From: Promethearchaeota archaeon
GTDB taxonomy: Archaea; Asgardarchaeota; Thorarchaeia; Thorarchaeales; Thorarchaeaceae
Length of the DNA: 64,000 nt
Direction: 5' to 3'
Assembly (NCBI GenBank): GCA_014730275.1
Contig: WJIL01000132.1
Span: 122,026 to 186,025, forward strand
Below, piece after piece: positions 37,968 to 48,720 of the stretch (position 1 is its first letter; each line of letters begins with the position of its first letter). A program made the position numbers and the translations under genes. The notes under the pieces are model-generated. The model ran no database searches. It worked only from the letters and a program-made list of their open reading frames with translations, and was not told where the DNA came from.

Positions 37968-38882
37968 TTGAAGGAAGAAGGTGATGTTGCACAAATTGTC
38001 CTTCTTCTAGTGTTATCTGTTTCCATGGTGTCAAGTGCTAGTATCCTCATTAGGTTCAGCGCTTCCCCCCCTCTCGCTATTGTTTTCTGGCGAACACTCT
38101 ACGGATCTATTCTCATGGCTGGTTTAGCTGCTTTGAAAGGTGAGACTGCTCGATATCAGAGTCCTCACATGAAGAAAAACTGGAAATGGCTCATTCTCAT
38201 CGGTATCGTATTGAGCCTGCATTTCTCCACTTGGTTTACTTCACTGTTCCTTACTACCGTTGCTGCCAGTGTTGTTCTTGTTGACTCGTCCCCTATTTTC
38301 ACAGCTGTGCTTTCTACCTCTGTTCTCGGCGAGAAGCTTGGGAAAAAATCCTGGATTGGCATAGTCATAGCTGTAGTCGGTGCAATCATGTTGACGTGGA
38401 ACGACCTCGAACTAATAGGCGGGGTGGCGCTTGTTGGCGATCTTTTAGCTTTGCTAGGTGCTGTTTTTCTCGCTCTTTATTTCATAGGCGGACGGAAATA
38501 TGCCAAAGGATTACCTGTTTCTGTCTATACTTCAGTGGTGTATTTCACAGCAGCTATTGCGACTCTTGGTTTCTGCCTTCTCACAGGTGTGAATGTCATG
38601 ATATTGGAACCGACAGAAGTAATCATCTTCTTGGCCCTTGCTATTTTCCCAACGGCTCTTGGCCATTCTGTAAATAACTATCTACTGACACTTGTTCCGG
38701 CCTACGTTGTATCAGCTGCAGTACTTGGTGAACCCATTGGGGCTACCATCCTTGCTATGATATTTTTGAATGAAATTCCCCATCCTACCACTGCCCTATG
38801 GTTCTGTACCATTCTCATTGGTGTTGCACTGGTTCTCTTCGAAGTTGCTACCAAGGGAAGCTCAGCAAAGGCAGAACTCTAG
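37968..38882 (+). CDS. EamA/DMT-family transporter
   Basis: Ten TM helices in two EamA repeats. Confidence 0.8.
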   Translation: MKEEGDVAQIVLLLVLSVSMVSSASILIRFSASPPLAIVFWRTLYGSILMAGLAALKGETARYQSPHMKKNWKWLILIGIVLSLHFSTWFTSLFLTTVAASVVLVDSSPIFTAVLSTSVLGEKLGKKSWIGIVIAVVGAIMLTWNDLELIGGVALVGDLLALLGAVFLALYFIGGRKYAKGLPVSVYTSVVYFTAAIATLGFCLLTGVNVMILEPTEVIIFLALAIFPTALGHSVNNYLLTLVPAYVVSAAVLGEPIGATILAMIFLNEIPHPTTALWFCTILIGVALVLFEVATKGSSAKAEL

Positions 38883-40333
38883 CCCTTGATGACGCCCATC
38901 GGGGTGAGTCTTAGAACCTTGGTTGCTATACCCAACTCGTCTGAGACCCGCACAACCTCATCTACATCCTTATATGCGCCCGGCGCTTCCTCTGCTATTA
39001 CCGCCCCTTTCTGAGCTTTAACAACGACACCTTCTCCGCCGAGTCTACGCTGCACATCTCTGCCATAGAAGTCGCGTTTCGCCTGGGTTCTGCTCATAAT
39101 CCGTCCTGCGCCGTGGGCTGTTGAACCGAAGCTGAGTTCCATACCTCGATGATCTCCTACGAGGACATAGGATGCAGTACCCATGGTTCCTGGAATGAGC
39201 ACTGGTTGACCGATTTCCTTGTATGCGGTCGGTGTCTCTGAATGATGCGGTGGAAATGCCCGAGTTGCACCTTTTCTGTGTACGACTACCTTGCGATTCT
39301 TACCGTCGATTTCATGCTCTTCGATTTTTGCCATGTTGTGTGCAACGTCATATATGAGCTGCATATCCATATCTTCAGGGGCTTCACCTAGGACTTTGGA
39401 GAAAGCTTCTCGAGTCCAATGCATCATTGCTTGTCTATTCGCCCAAGCATAGTTGGCCGCTGCAGCCATCGCGCCCAGATAGGCCTGTCCTTCTGGTGAG
39501 GTTACTGGTGCGCTGCAAAGTTGTCTATCTGGAACATCGATGTTGTATTTCTTCATGGCCCTGGTCATGTTCTTTATGTAGTCACTACAGACTTGGTGGC
39601 CGAATCCTCTTGAACCACTGTGGATCATGACGGTTACTTGCCCTTCTCGGGTTATACCCATAGCTTTAGCTGCTTTTTCATTGTAGATTTGGTCGACTTT
39701 TTGTATTTCGAGAAAGTGGTTGCCTGAACCGAGTGTTCCAACCTGGGGCTTGCCTCTGCCTTTCGCGTGATCTGAAACTTTGCTGGCATCAGCCATTTCG
39801 AGATTGCCATTAGCTTCTGTATGTTCAAGGTCACTTTCCCAACCAAAGCCATTTTCTACCGCCCACTTCGAACCACCTTCAAGAACATTGTCGATTTCCC
39901 TATCTGTATCTAAGCGGATCTTTCCTTTTCGGCCAACACCAGTGGGAACATCAGAATAGAGCCGATTGATGAGTGCATTGATTTTCGGACGAACGTCTTT
40001 TTCGTCCATATTTGTTCTCAGAACGCGGACACCACAGTTGATGTCATATCCAACGCCTCCTGGGGATACAACACCTTCCTCATAGTCAACTGCTGCCACT
40101 CCGCCAATGGGAAATCCATACCCTTGATGTCCGTCAGGTAACACCGTACTCTGCTTGTAGATTCCAGGGAGACAGGCAACATTTGTGGCTTGGTTAAGTG
40201 TTTTATCTCTACGAATCTGTTGGATTAGCTTGCTCGATGCGTAGATTCGTACTGGAACCCGCATGCAGTCTTGTGTACCCTTGGAAATTTCATAGGTGAG
40301 ATTACCGACTTTCTCCGCATTCAATGTGACCAA
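38879..40333 (-). CDS. rtcB: RNA-splicing ligase RtcB
   Basis: HQGYGFPIGGVAA, GSGNHFLEIQ, HGAGR. Confidence 0.9.
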   Translation of the reverse strand: MVTLNAEKVGNLTYEISKGTQDCMRVPVRIYASSKLIQQIRRDKTLNQATNVACLPGIYKQSTVLPDGHQGYGFPIGGVAAVDYEEGVVSPGGVGYDINCGVRVLRTNMDEKDVRPKINALINRLYSDVPTGVGRKGKIRLDTDREIDNVLEGGSKWAVENGFGWESDLEHTEANGNLEMADASKVSDHAKGRGKPQVGTLGSGNHFLEIQKVDQIYNEKAAKAMGITREGQVTVMIHSGSRGFGHQVCSDYIKNMTRAMKKYNIDVPDRQLCSAPVTSPEGQAYLGAMAAAANYAWANRQAMMHWTREAFSKVLGEAPEDMDMQLIYDVAHNMAKIEEHEIDGKNRKVVVHRKGATRAFPPHHSETPTAYKEIGQPVLIPGTMGTASYVLVGDHRGMELSFGSTAHGAGRIMSRTQAKRDFYGRDVQRRLGGEGVVVKAQKGAVIAEEAPGAYKDVDEVVRVSDELGIATKVLRLTPMGVIKG

Positions 40334-40565
40334 AACCTATTCAATCTAAAGCTCAGGTAAATCATGCTATAAGGCTTATGAAGCGTCATTTTTCGAGATA
40401 AAGCTCGTATACTTCTCAATGCCTTTTTTGCATTAAAAATTGAGGGTTCGGTTTAAATAATTCACCACGATAACTATGAAACAATATCTATCGGTTCATG
40501 TGATACCGCGTTTCTGGTTATCACTCAGTTTCTGAAGCGGCGGAATATATTAACTGAAATCAAAT

Positions 40566-40733
40566 CACTCTAGAAGATGGTTGAGCTTGTCGAAGAGCTC
40601 ATCGATACCTTCAAGTGCTTCAGTATCGACCTGAGGTGGAATGAATTTCCGCAACTCTAGGATTTCTGCAACTTCGGCATCATGAAACAGCCAGAATTCG
40701 TGCTTCAGGTTTTTCTTAACTTGCGCCATTCAG
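40566..40733 (-). CDS. unannotated small ORF (55 aa) MAQVKKNLKHEFWLFHDAEVAEILELRKFIPPQVDTEALEGIDELFDKLNHLLE
   Basis: Below the ORF-track size cut-off. Intact ATG..TGA in the 650-bp intergenic region between rtcB and the GTPase gene. Acidic, helical. Confidence 0.2.
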
Positions 40734-40979
40734 ATTTTCACTCCAAATGATATTCTATGTAAAAATACGTGTTTTGACGATATAACTGCTTTGTTAGTAG
40801 GTATGACGATTATCGAAATTGCCTTCGACAGAGCATTCATTTCCCCGGGATTTTTCGTCTTCGTATTAAGTAAGCGACGGCAAATCATTTAATATGTGAA
40901 ATCCGTTCCACTCAACTAACGGTGAACATCGTTCCATCTAACTTGGAACGAAATTTGCTTCACATATAGGTGCAAACTC

Positions 40980-41678
40980 ATGAAAATTGTCGTCACTGGA
41001 AGCCATTCCGCGGGGAAGAGCGAGATTATTCACAGTCTGACCAATGGTGCTTGCATCAACATTGAGCGTAAAGGTACCACGATAGCCATGGATCATGGAG
41101 TAGCCGAGCTTCCTGAATTAAACGTCTTCCTCTTTGGAACACCTGGTCTGCTACGGTTTCGGACAATGAGGAAGATTCTGAGTTCCGGAGCAGACGGAAT
41201 AATATTTGTGGTGGACAGCGTTGACCCAGAGGCTGATGCTCGAGCGAAGCTTTTCTTCAGAGAGATTGCTTTCTTTCTTCCTGGTGTTCCCTGTGTTGTA
41301 GCTGCGAATAAGCAGGACCTAGAAGAAGCTAGAAGAGTGGATGAGCTTCGAGAAAGCATGAAATTCTTGGCTGGACTTCCTGTTATTCCTTGTTCTGCCA
41401 AGACAGGTAAGAATGTCGAAAACACTCTGAGGACTTTGCTTTATTTGGCTATGATGCAATGGAGTGAGGTTTTCGCAAAATTCGCGGAGTATAGCGGTGC
41501 TGATGACGGACTACAAGGTCTCATGTCTGATTTGAATATTTCTCGTGAGCAAGCAGTTGGTCACCTTCGCAGATTCGAGCTCAGGAAGTTGCTAGAAGTA
41601 GATGTTGGTGACAGGCGGTTCTTTGTGAAGGATGCTGTTATGCCGTTGTTAGAGAACCCTGTACTTGTAATGGCTTAG
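40980..41678 (+). CDS. small GTPase, MglA/Arf-like
   Basis: KIVVTGSHSAGKSEIIHSL (P-loop), FGTPGLLRF, AANKQDL, CSAKTG. C-terminal ~60-aa extension. Confidence 0.75.
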   Translation: MKIVVTGSHSAGKSEIIHSLTNGACINIERKGTTIAMDHGVAELPELNVFLFGTPGLLRFRTMRKILSSGADGIIFVVDSVDPEADARAKLFFREIAFFLPGVPCVVAANKQDLEEARRVDELRESMKFLAGLPVIPCSAKTGKNVENTLRTLLYLAMMQWSEVFAKFAEYSGADDGLQGLMSDLNISREQAVGHLRRFELRKLLEVDVGDRRFFVKDAVMPLLENPVLVMA

Positions 41679-41721
41679 TTACAAGCAGAAAGAGTCAAAA
41701 GAAGATAGAATCTGAAATTCA

Positions 41722-42588
41722 ATGGTGAGCCTCATGAGCGAAGAAGAAATGGACTTCGACCCGGTACAACTGATGGAACGGGCGAGAGCGGCTAAAGATG
41801 CCGGAGAAGAAGAAATGGCTGCTCGTGCTTTCAATACTGCCGGTAACTACTACATGAGTATTGGCGAATTTGATGAGGCTCTCAAAAGCTTCGGAGAGGC
41901 TCTCGAACTATTCAAGAGTTTAGGAGATACAGAAGGTCGAGGCGATGCCTTGTACAATCTTGGCGTAGCTCAGATGAACAATGAAGAACTGGAAGAAGCC
42001 GAGCAGACCCTCCAGTCTGCGATTGATATGTTCGAACAGGCTTCAGATGACAGCGGAACTGCAGATGCAATGTATGCACTTGCACTCACGAAGCTCGGGC
42101 TTGATGAGTTTGATGAAGCTATTAGCCTATTTAGACGAGCCAAGCGAATATACAAAGACTTGGACAATATGCAGGGTATGGCAAGCATACGCATGGATAT
42201 TGGCAACGCTCAGGCAGAACAAGAGGAATGGGACAAAGCCGAGCGAGAGTTCAAGAAAGCTCTGAAGATTTACGAGGACATCGATGACAAAGCTGGCATT
42301 GGTGATGCCCTGTCGTTGTTAGGCGATATTTCCGAGCTGCAAAATGATCAGAAGAAGGCAGCCGAGTACTTCGCAGAAGCTGCAGAGAACTACTTCGACG
42401 CAGAGTTATTCGAGATTACTCGAGAAGTCATCGAGCGGGCCGAGAGCAAGTATTGGGATATTCCAAAAGCCACTCGTCGTCGACTTAGAAAGATAACTGA
42501 TGCAATCTATGATCAGCTTCCTGAGGAAGAGGAAGATGACGATGAGGATTACGATGATGACGATTTTGGTGATATTCCCGGCATCTAA
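41722..42588 (+). CDS. TPR-repeat protein with poly-D/E C-terminal tail
   Basis: Repeating A...Y..G...A/L 34-mer units. Tail EEEDDDEDYDDDD. Confidence 0.7.
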   Translation: MVSLMSEEEMDFDPVQLMERARAAKDAGEEEMAARAFNTAGNYYMSIGEFDEALKSFGEALELFKSLGDTEGRGDALYNLGVAQMNNEELEEAEQTLQSAIDMFEQASDDSGTADAMYALALTKLGLDEFDEAISLFRRAKRIYKDLDNMQGMASIRMDIGNAQAEQEEWDKAEREFKKALKIYEDIDDKAGIGDALSLLGDISELQNDQKKAAEYFAEAAENYFDAELFEITREVIERAESKYWDIPKATRRRLRKITDAIYDQLPEEEEDDDEDYDDDDFGDIPGI

Positions 42589-42691
42589 GATTTGAGAGAT
42601 TTTCAACAAGAAACAGTAGATTGTTTCACCTAGCCTTTCGTCTTCCCCCGGCCGGTCCGGGAAAAGGCTATTTGTACTCAGGCAAATCTGA

Positions 42692-45600
42692 TTGCTTGAA
42701 GACAGGAGAATCCCCAGATTGCTCGATCGACAAAAGGCACCTCATTCATTGATTGCGATGATTCTTCTTTTGGGTACCCTTTTTCTTCCTTCGGCTTTTT
42801 CTCCTCAAACCTTGCCCGTAAGAGAGTCCAGGAATCCTGTTCAGTTCAAAATGGCGAACGGACAAGAACAGAATTACACAGCAATGCGTCGCTCCGTGTT
42901 CGTGTCCCCTGATTCAACTTCATACATTGACGAATTTTCTTACATGGCAGCCGTACCGACTAGTGTGTTCAGTCATGATGGAACGAAGTATGTATCCCCG
43001 GTGGTTCTTTCATCGAGTTCAGATTCAGAAGATTGGTTCATAGATGACTGGAAAGAGTATCTGTCTGTTGATGGTGGCCTAGAACAACTGGTGACAATCG
43101 GGGATTTTTCGATTCAGGAAAGCATGGCTTTTCGAGAGTCCTTTGGAACGGAGGTGTTTCCCCATATAGAAGGTGATTCATCAGCTGAAGTTGCGGCGCA
43201 ACTTGCGATATCAGACTGGGCTTCTTCAGATACAGTCGTCATTGGGATGGCAAATGATGATTTATCCACTCTCAACACAACATCTGGAAATTCAATTCAT
43301 TCATTGGATGGCTCAAGTCCTGCTTCCTACAACACATCTACAACAGTTCAACCCAGTAGTGGTGCATCCATCCCATTTACTCCACCAACCAATGCCGGGT
43401 GGCTATACGGTTCTTTCGATTGGAGTGGAACAAATTACTTCACGCATAAATTGATTGATCCAAATGGCAATACAGTCGATTATTCTCTTGCGCGTCAAAC
43501 TCGATATCAACGGAATCCAAGTTTCGTTGATGAATTAGTCCCACTGCATTTCTGGTTGCCTAAGACGCTAGAAGGCGAATATACGATGCAGGTTGAGATT
43601 GGATCCCCCATTTCTGCGCCTGTTTCCATGGATTGTGATATTACATACTATCCTGGGTTCTCGCAAGAAATCAATGTTCCAGAGAACGCTAAATGGCTCA
43701 ATTTGACGGCTAATTGGGACAATGCAGGGACTAACATCAACCTAGCTTTGATTGACCCTTCGGGAAAAATGGTTCAATGGGCACCTGCTGGGAGCTTGCT
43801 TTCGGGTGCTGGTCGCGATTCCATTGAAGTTCCTTATCCTAGTCCTGGTTCGTGGAAAGCGGTTGGGGCCTGGATGGATCCAAATGGCGAAACGAACAAT
43901 GTCGAATTGAGCTGGCAAATACAGCGAATGGAAACCAATCCGGACTCATATTTCGAGAGCAGTGCCAACGCTGCGGTACTGGCATCTCTTATGAATGCGC
44001 CGCTACTGTATACTGGCGAAAGAACTGTACCGACAGTTACACTGGATGCTGCTAATCGGTTAGGAGCTGAGGTAGTCATTCTTGTCGACCCTCATAACAT
44101 ACACTCAACTGAAGTAGAGTCCCAACTGGAAACCACAGGCATCCTGAGCGTTTTGGATAACTATCCTATGGTTACTGACTGGATTAAGACCCTCTCAGGA
44201 CAGAATGATGTTATTGCTACGGTACCTCAGGTTTCCAGCAATGAATTCTATCCCGCTGCTGCACTTTCCGGAGCGTTTCATGGAGCCCCAATCTTCTCAC
44301 TTTGCGGAGATGATAACCAAGTTACCACAATGGCCGAAAGCACATGGGCTCCATACAAAATAGGTCCTGAAATCGAAATCTATGTGACCAGTCGTTATTC
44401 TACAAGAACTGAGAATGGTTGGTATGACGACCGTATACCGAATATGTACACAATGCGCAAAAGTGTAGATACTTTCGAGAGTTTCCTAGATACGCGAGGT
44501 GCCTACAACTCATCAGCGGGCCAATCGACGGTATTACTGTCTCCAATCGATCTCATAAAACCGAGTTTTGACAGATCATTGCAAACCCATTTCTCACCCG
44601 GGAGAATTCCCGCAAGAAATGCTGAACTGGCTTCTGTTATGATTTCAAAAGCTATTCTCCACCGTTTCTTGTTCCGTACAGCAGAATCCTCAGATGATAC
44701 CCTGCTTTCGCTCTATGCATATACGGACGGAGCCAGCTATTTCGACAATTTCGGTAATGTTCGCAACATCTACCAAATTGAAGATACTCGTGACCCATTG
44801 CAGGACATGGGATTCAATACATTGATGCATGTTGGTGTAAACGAGGTCTTCAACAGCCTAGACACTCAGGTATCTCTATGGGCATTCAGTACCCATGGAA
44901 CTCTCACGAGATATCCCGCTGATCCTCCAGCCCGACCCAATGGTGTCGGATATTTCTCATTCCGCGATGTTGATAGTCCTTACGGATTTGAGGAAAGTGT
45001 ATCAAATCGGGAGAGTAGTGAAGATGCGGACCAACTTGTCAACCCTGTGGCCTTCACCGCAGAAAATGCTCACCACGTCATAAGAACTACCAACGATTTG
45101 TCAGGTGCAGTTGATAATATTGGATCACCTATTGTCTTTTTGACCGCTTGTTTGTTAGGCGGTTCCCAATTACCAATTCAACTGATGGAACACGGTGCTG
45201 TGGGTGTTATGGGTTCGCCGAGAACTGTCTATTTTCGAGCAGCGGGTCTGTTATCAACACTTGTCATAGAATCACTAGCAAATGGCACCGCTACTGGAGA
45301 AGCCCTTACATCTGCTCTTGATACCGTTTCTATGGACTATTCTGATCCGCTTGGATATGAGCCTGTAGACTATGCCAATCAATACATCTTGTTTGGAGAT
45401 CCCGAAATTAATCTCTATGAGCCAGATTCAACGCCTCGGATTACCTCCAGCGATCCTACTTCTAACACCTATGGAACTCATACGCCGGCTCGTGGTGTCG
45501 CTTCTATTGCGGCTCTAGGCAGTACAGATTACTTGCCCAGCAGCCTCGAAACTGCTGATATTGGGTACGATTTCTACTCTGATTCTAATAGCTCCGATTT

Positions 45601-46552
45601 CATGTGGTTGCTCAATCTACGCCGAGCTGTTCTGATAGAGCCTGCTTCTTTGTCGTTATTCAATGATTGGATGACCCAGTATGCTCAAGACTTCCAGGAA
45701 TATGTACAAGATGGCGGTTCACTAATCATCATGGGCATAAATACAAATGCAACTTGGCTACCGTGGACTTTCTCATTTTCTGATGGTTTTGCTAGCTCGC
45801 AGTTCTCCATCACTGAGGAACAGCATCCCCTGATAACCACACCTAACTCTATTGACGAGAACATCACCTGCCTAGGTGCTTTTACGAGCTACGGATCGAA
45901 TTTTACTCCACTTGCTGGTGTAGATGGTGCCCCTATCCTCCTTGCTGGCATATCCGGGTTCGGGAAAGTGGCTCTTACGACATTAGATCCTACTGGAAAC
46001 TCCAAAGATGCATTCATCGAAAATTCTGCGCTGTGGTATCGCGAACCGTCGTTGATGCTAACAGAAATAGCCCTATCTCAGGAAATCATTTGGGGCGGTG
46101 ACCGGGTCGACATCTCAATTTCTATTACTGATAGGAAAGGTAACCCTATTTCAGATGCTGATATTCAAGCTAGGATTGATTCTACCACCGTAGATGTAGG
46201 ACATGTAGGAGATGGACTTTACGAAATAACGCTAGGTGAAGAATGGACTCGTAATAGAACCGGCTACTATGATTTAGTCTTGACCGCTCGGAAACTTGGT
46301 TATGATACTCTTAGCCTTCATTTCGACGACTACCTCTACATTCGTCCTTCCCCTTGGCTACCAATCACCATTGTTGGAATCGCTGTTCTTGTGATATTGG
46401 CTGTTTGGTCTTACCGGAAACGTCGAAAGGGAGAAAAAATTGTTGATTTCGGTGGGAGTACCTATTCTCCGCCAAAAAATCATAAAACTAAGAAAGAAAA
46501 GGAAGAAGAGGACGAGGAATTTGACCCCAAGGAGTTCTTTGGGGTTGAGTAA
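42692..46552 (+). CDS. giant cell-surface protein (1286 aa) with signal peptide, C-terminal TM anchor and possible clan-CD cysteine peptidase domain
   Basis: N-terminal hydrophobic leader. C-terminal LPITIVGIAVLVILAVW then KRRKGEK and an acidic cytoplasmic tail. Internal LWAFSTHGT ... IVFLTACLLGG resembles the His/Cys dyad context of caspase-like (C11/C25) peptidases. Confidence 0.55.
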   Translation: MLEDRRIPRLLDRQKAPHSLIAMILLLGTLFLPSAFSPQTLPVRESRNPVQFKMANGQEQNYTAMRRSVFVSPDSTSYIDEFSYMAAVPTSVFSHDGTKYVSPVVLSSSSDSEDWFIDDWKEYLSVDGGLEQLVTIGDFSIQESMAFRESFGTEVFPHIEGDSSAEVAAQLAISDWASSDTVVIGMANDDLSTLNTTSGNSIHSLDGSSPASYNTSTTVQPSSGASIPFTPPTNAGWLYGSFDWSGTNYFTHKLIDPNGNTVDYSLARQTRYQRNPSFVDELVPLHFWLPKTLEGEYTMQVEIGSPISAPVSMDCDITYYPGFSQEINVPENAKWLNLTANWDNAGTNINLALIDPSGKMVQWAPAGSLLSGAGRDSIEVPYPSPGSWKAVGAWMDPNGETNNVELSWQIQRMETNPDSYFESSANAAVLASLMNAPLLYTGERTVPTVTLDAANRLGAEVVILVDPHNIHSTEVESQLETTGILSVLDNYPMVTDWIKTLSGQNDVIATVPQVSSNEFYPAAALSGAFHGAPIFSLCGDDNQVTTMAESTWAPYKIGPEIEIYVTSRYSTRTENGWYDDRIPNMYTMRKSVDTFESFLDTRGAYNSSAGQSTVLLSPIDLIKPSFDRSLQTHFSPGRIPARNAELASVMISKAILHRFLFRTAESSDDTLLSLYAYTDGASYFDNFGNVRNIYQIEDTRDPLQDMGFNTLMHVGVNEVFNSLDTQVSLWAFSTHGTLTRYPADPPARPNGVGYFSFRDVDSPYGFEESVSNRESSEDADQLVNPVAFTAENAHHVIRTTNDLSGAVDNIGSPIVFLTACLLGGSQLPIQLMEHGAVGVMGSPRTVYFRAAGLLSTLVIESLANGTATGEALTSALDTVSMDYSDPLGYEPVDYANQYILFGDPEINLYEPDSTPRITSSDPTSNTYGTHTPARGVASIAALGSTDYLPSSLETADIGYDFYSDSNSSDFMWLLNLRRAVLIEPASLSLFNDWMTQYAQDFQEYVQDGGSLIIMGINTNATWLPWTFSFSDGFASSQFSITEEQHPLITTPNSIDENITCLGAFTSYGSNFTPLAGVDGAPILLAGISGFGKVALTTLDPTGNSKDAFIENSALWYREPSLMLTEIALSQEIIWGGDRVDISISITDRKGNPISDADIQARIDSTTVDVGHVGDGLYEITLGEEWTRNRTGYYDLVLTARKLGYDTLSLHFDDYLYIRPSPWLPITIVGIAVLVILAVWSYRKRRKGEKIVDFGGSTYSPPKNHKTKKEKEEEDEEFDPKEFFGVE

Positions 46553-46648
46553 CGTGCTAAATATGACCCCTCTTTAATCATAGCAAGATTTTATAGACCG
46601 TGGAATCTTCTATTCTTAGCGCTGATATATAACAGAGGTAAGCCAACA

Positions 46649-47011
46649 TTGTCAAGCCGCGTTGATAGAATCAATAACGCCATAAAGGATTTCGAGACTA
46701 CGCCAGGAATTCAAGGAGCTGCCCTTGTATCACTTGATGGTCTCATGATATCAGCTGCACTTCCCGAGAGTGAACAGGAACGAGTTGCGGCGATAAGTGC
46801 TGCCATGCTTTCCCTAGGTGAAAAAGCCACACGGGAACTAGATCGTGGAAATCTGATGGAGATTTATGTGAAAGGTGACAAAGGTTACACTTTGATGACG
46901 TCAGTGGGCGATAGTGCTCTATTACTTGTTCTAGCTAAGGCTGATGCCCAACTTGGACTCATCTTTGTAGATATGCAACGAATGGCTGAAAGCCTTGCTG
47001 ACGTGCTGTAG
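46649..47011 (+). CDS. roadblock/LC7 (MglB-like) domain protein, stand-alone
   Basis: IQGAALVSLDGLMISAALPESEQERVAAISAAMLSLG...GDSALLLVLAKADAQLGLIFVDM is a canonical roadblock. TTG start. Confidence 0.8.
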   Translation: MSSRVDRINNAIKDFETTPGIQGAALVSLDGLMISAALPESEQERVAAISAAMLSLGEKATRELDRGNLMEIYVKGDKGYTLMTSVGDSALLLVLAKADAQLGLIFVDMQRMAESLADVL

Positions 47012-47053
47012 TTGCATATATGAGCACATGAACTGAATACGGTCTTGGGTGTA

Positions 47054-48292
47054 CTACTCAAGCCTTTTGATTACTTCATCAATGATGATTCGAGCGATGT
47101 CTCTTTTGCTCTTCTTGGGGGTTTTCTGAGTAAAACCGTTTTCTCCAACCAGCATGACTTGATTCGTGTCTGTTCCAAAGGCAACACCTTTCTTAGCGGC
47201 ATCATTTGCAACCATGAGATTGCAGGTGCCAGCCTTAATCTTCTCCCGGGCGCTTTCTTCTAGTTTTTCCTCCTCAAGACCAACCTCAACCTTGAATCCC
47301 ACAATGAATAGATTGCTATGTGCCTTCCGGACCTCCTCAATTATCTTTGGAGTAGCAACAAGTTTGACTTCCCGTTGCTTCTTTTCGGATTTTAGTTTCC
47401 CCTCCGTCTTATGTTTAGGTTGATAATCTAAAACAGCAGCAGCAGAGATGAACACATCCGTGTCTTCAGATGAAAGCGATTCCATAACTTCGTCCAGCAT
47501 TTCCTCGGGTGTCTCAACTGATACTACGTTAGCAAGCGACGGCGTTGGTTCATCCGTGGGTCCGATAATCAAATCAACTTCTGCTCCTCGTGAGCACACT
47601 TCTTCTGCCAAAGCAATTCCCATTTTCCCTGTTGAGGGATTTGTGAGAAAACGGACACTATCAATCCAAGCTCTTGTGGGACCGGCAGTTATGACAAACT
47701 TGCGGTCGCCAATATCATTTGGAGTGGCCAGTTGAATTGCATGCTCTAGTATCGTTCTAGTGGTGGGGATTTTTGCCTTGCCCTCTTCGATTCTTGGCGA
47801 TAACACCCTAATTCCCATTTTCCTCAGTGTTCCTATGTTCTCTACTACAGCTGGATGATCATACATCGACTGATGCATTGCGGGAATTATTAATGTCGGT
47901 ATGCTTGCTCCAATTGCAGAAGAAACAGTTGTGGTTACTGGTGTATCGTCAATACCGTTGGCTACCTTGCCGATGGTGTTTGCAGTAGACGGAGAGATGA
48001 TTACCAAGTCTACCTTATCTGGGTGCTTGCCTGCTAGCGTGACATGTTCTATTTGTCCTGTCAGATGGGCAACTACCTCGTTGCCGGTAGCCCACTCCAG
48101 CAAATATGGGTGAACAATTTCTCTGGATGCATCGGTCATGACACAGTAGACGTCTGCTCCATGACGCATTAGTAGTCGAGCTAGAGAAGTAGTCGTAACT
48201 GCTGCAACACTACCTGTTACACAGAGAGCTATTTTCTTACCTGCAAGGGCATTGCTATAGCTACCTGTAATCATTTTGGAAGTGTGTTTCAT
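47054..48292 (-). CDS. coaBC: bifunctional phosphopantothenoylcysteine decarboxylase / phosphopantothenate-cysteine ligase
   Basis: N-terminal flavoprotein GKKIALCVTGSVAAV, CTP-binding ITAGPTRAWIDSVRFLTNPSTGKMG. The start is placed at the internal Met. Confidence 0.85.
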   Translation of the reverse strand: MKHTSKMITGSYSNALAGKKIALCVTGSVAAVTTTSLARLLMRHGADVYCVMTDASREIVHPYLLEWATGNEVVAHLTGQIEHVTLAGKHPDKVDLVIISPSTANTIGKVANGIDDTPVTTTVSSAIGASIPTLIIPAMHQSMYDHPAVVENIGTLRKMGIRVLSPRIEEGKAKIPTTRTILEHAIQLATPNDIGDRKFVITAGPTRAWIDSVRFLTNPSTGKMGIALAEEVCSRGAEVDLIIGPTDEPTPSLANVVSVETPEEMLDEVMESLSSEDTDVFISAAAVLDYQPKHKTEGKLKSEKKQREVKLVATPKIIEEVRKAHSNLFIVGFKVEVGLEEEKLEESAREKIKAGTCNLMVANDAAKKGVAFGTDTNQVMLVGENGFTQKTPKKSKRDIARIIIDEVIKRLE

Positions 48293-48587
48293 GGTCAGCA
48301 ACCGTGTACTTCCATGAATTACATACTGATAAACTGAGCGACACATCCGAGTGACAAAGATGAATCACGTTAGAATTAGAAAGCGGGGCTATCACCCATT
48401 CATTCTCCCAAGGAAGATATATGGAGAGGATTGTCTTATATTTCATGCAAATACATTTGACTAGAAATCAGTGAGGATTTGATTGAATTGGGGGATTGCG
48501 GCAGAGAGCACAATGTGTCCTAGTTCGTCTAATTGACTTCTTACTGGTGGGTGCTGACCACGTGCTGACTTGCTTTCCTACTAAGGG

Positions 48588-48720
48588 GGGACAGGCTTAG
48601 TGACTGAACAAATGGACAAGGAAACCCGCTACAAAGCATTCGCCCAAGCGGTATCAGACTTGGGTCATTCAACTCAGTCTCTTTTCATAACTCAGTCTCT
48701 TTTCATACTGCTGATTAGAC
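48588..48720 (+). pseudogene. decayed tandem duplicate of the 5' UTR and first ~25 codons of the gene at 48951
   Basis: KETRYKAFAQAVSDLGHSTQSLF versus KRARYQAYEKTVSAFGSPSQSLF (~50% identity). The upstream nucleotides are also similar (GGTGGGTGCTGACCACGTGCTGACTTGC vs GGCTGGTAGGTGCTAAAGACTTGCTGGACTCGC). The copy ends in an 18-nt direct repeat ACTCAGTCTCTTTTCATA x2 and then stops. Confidence 0.4.
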
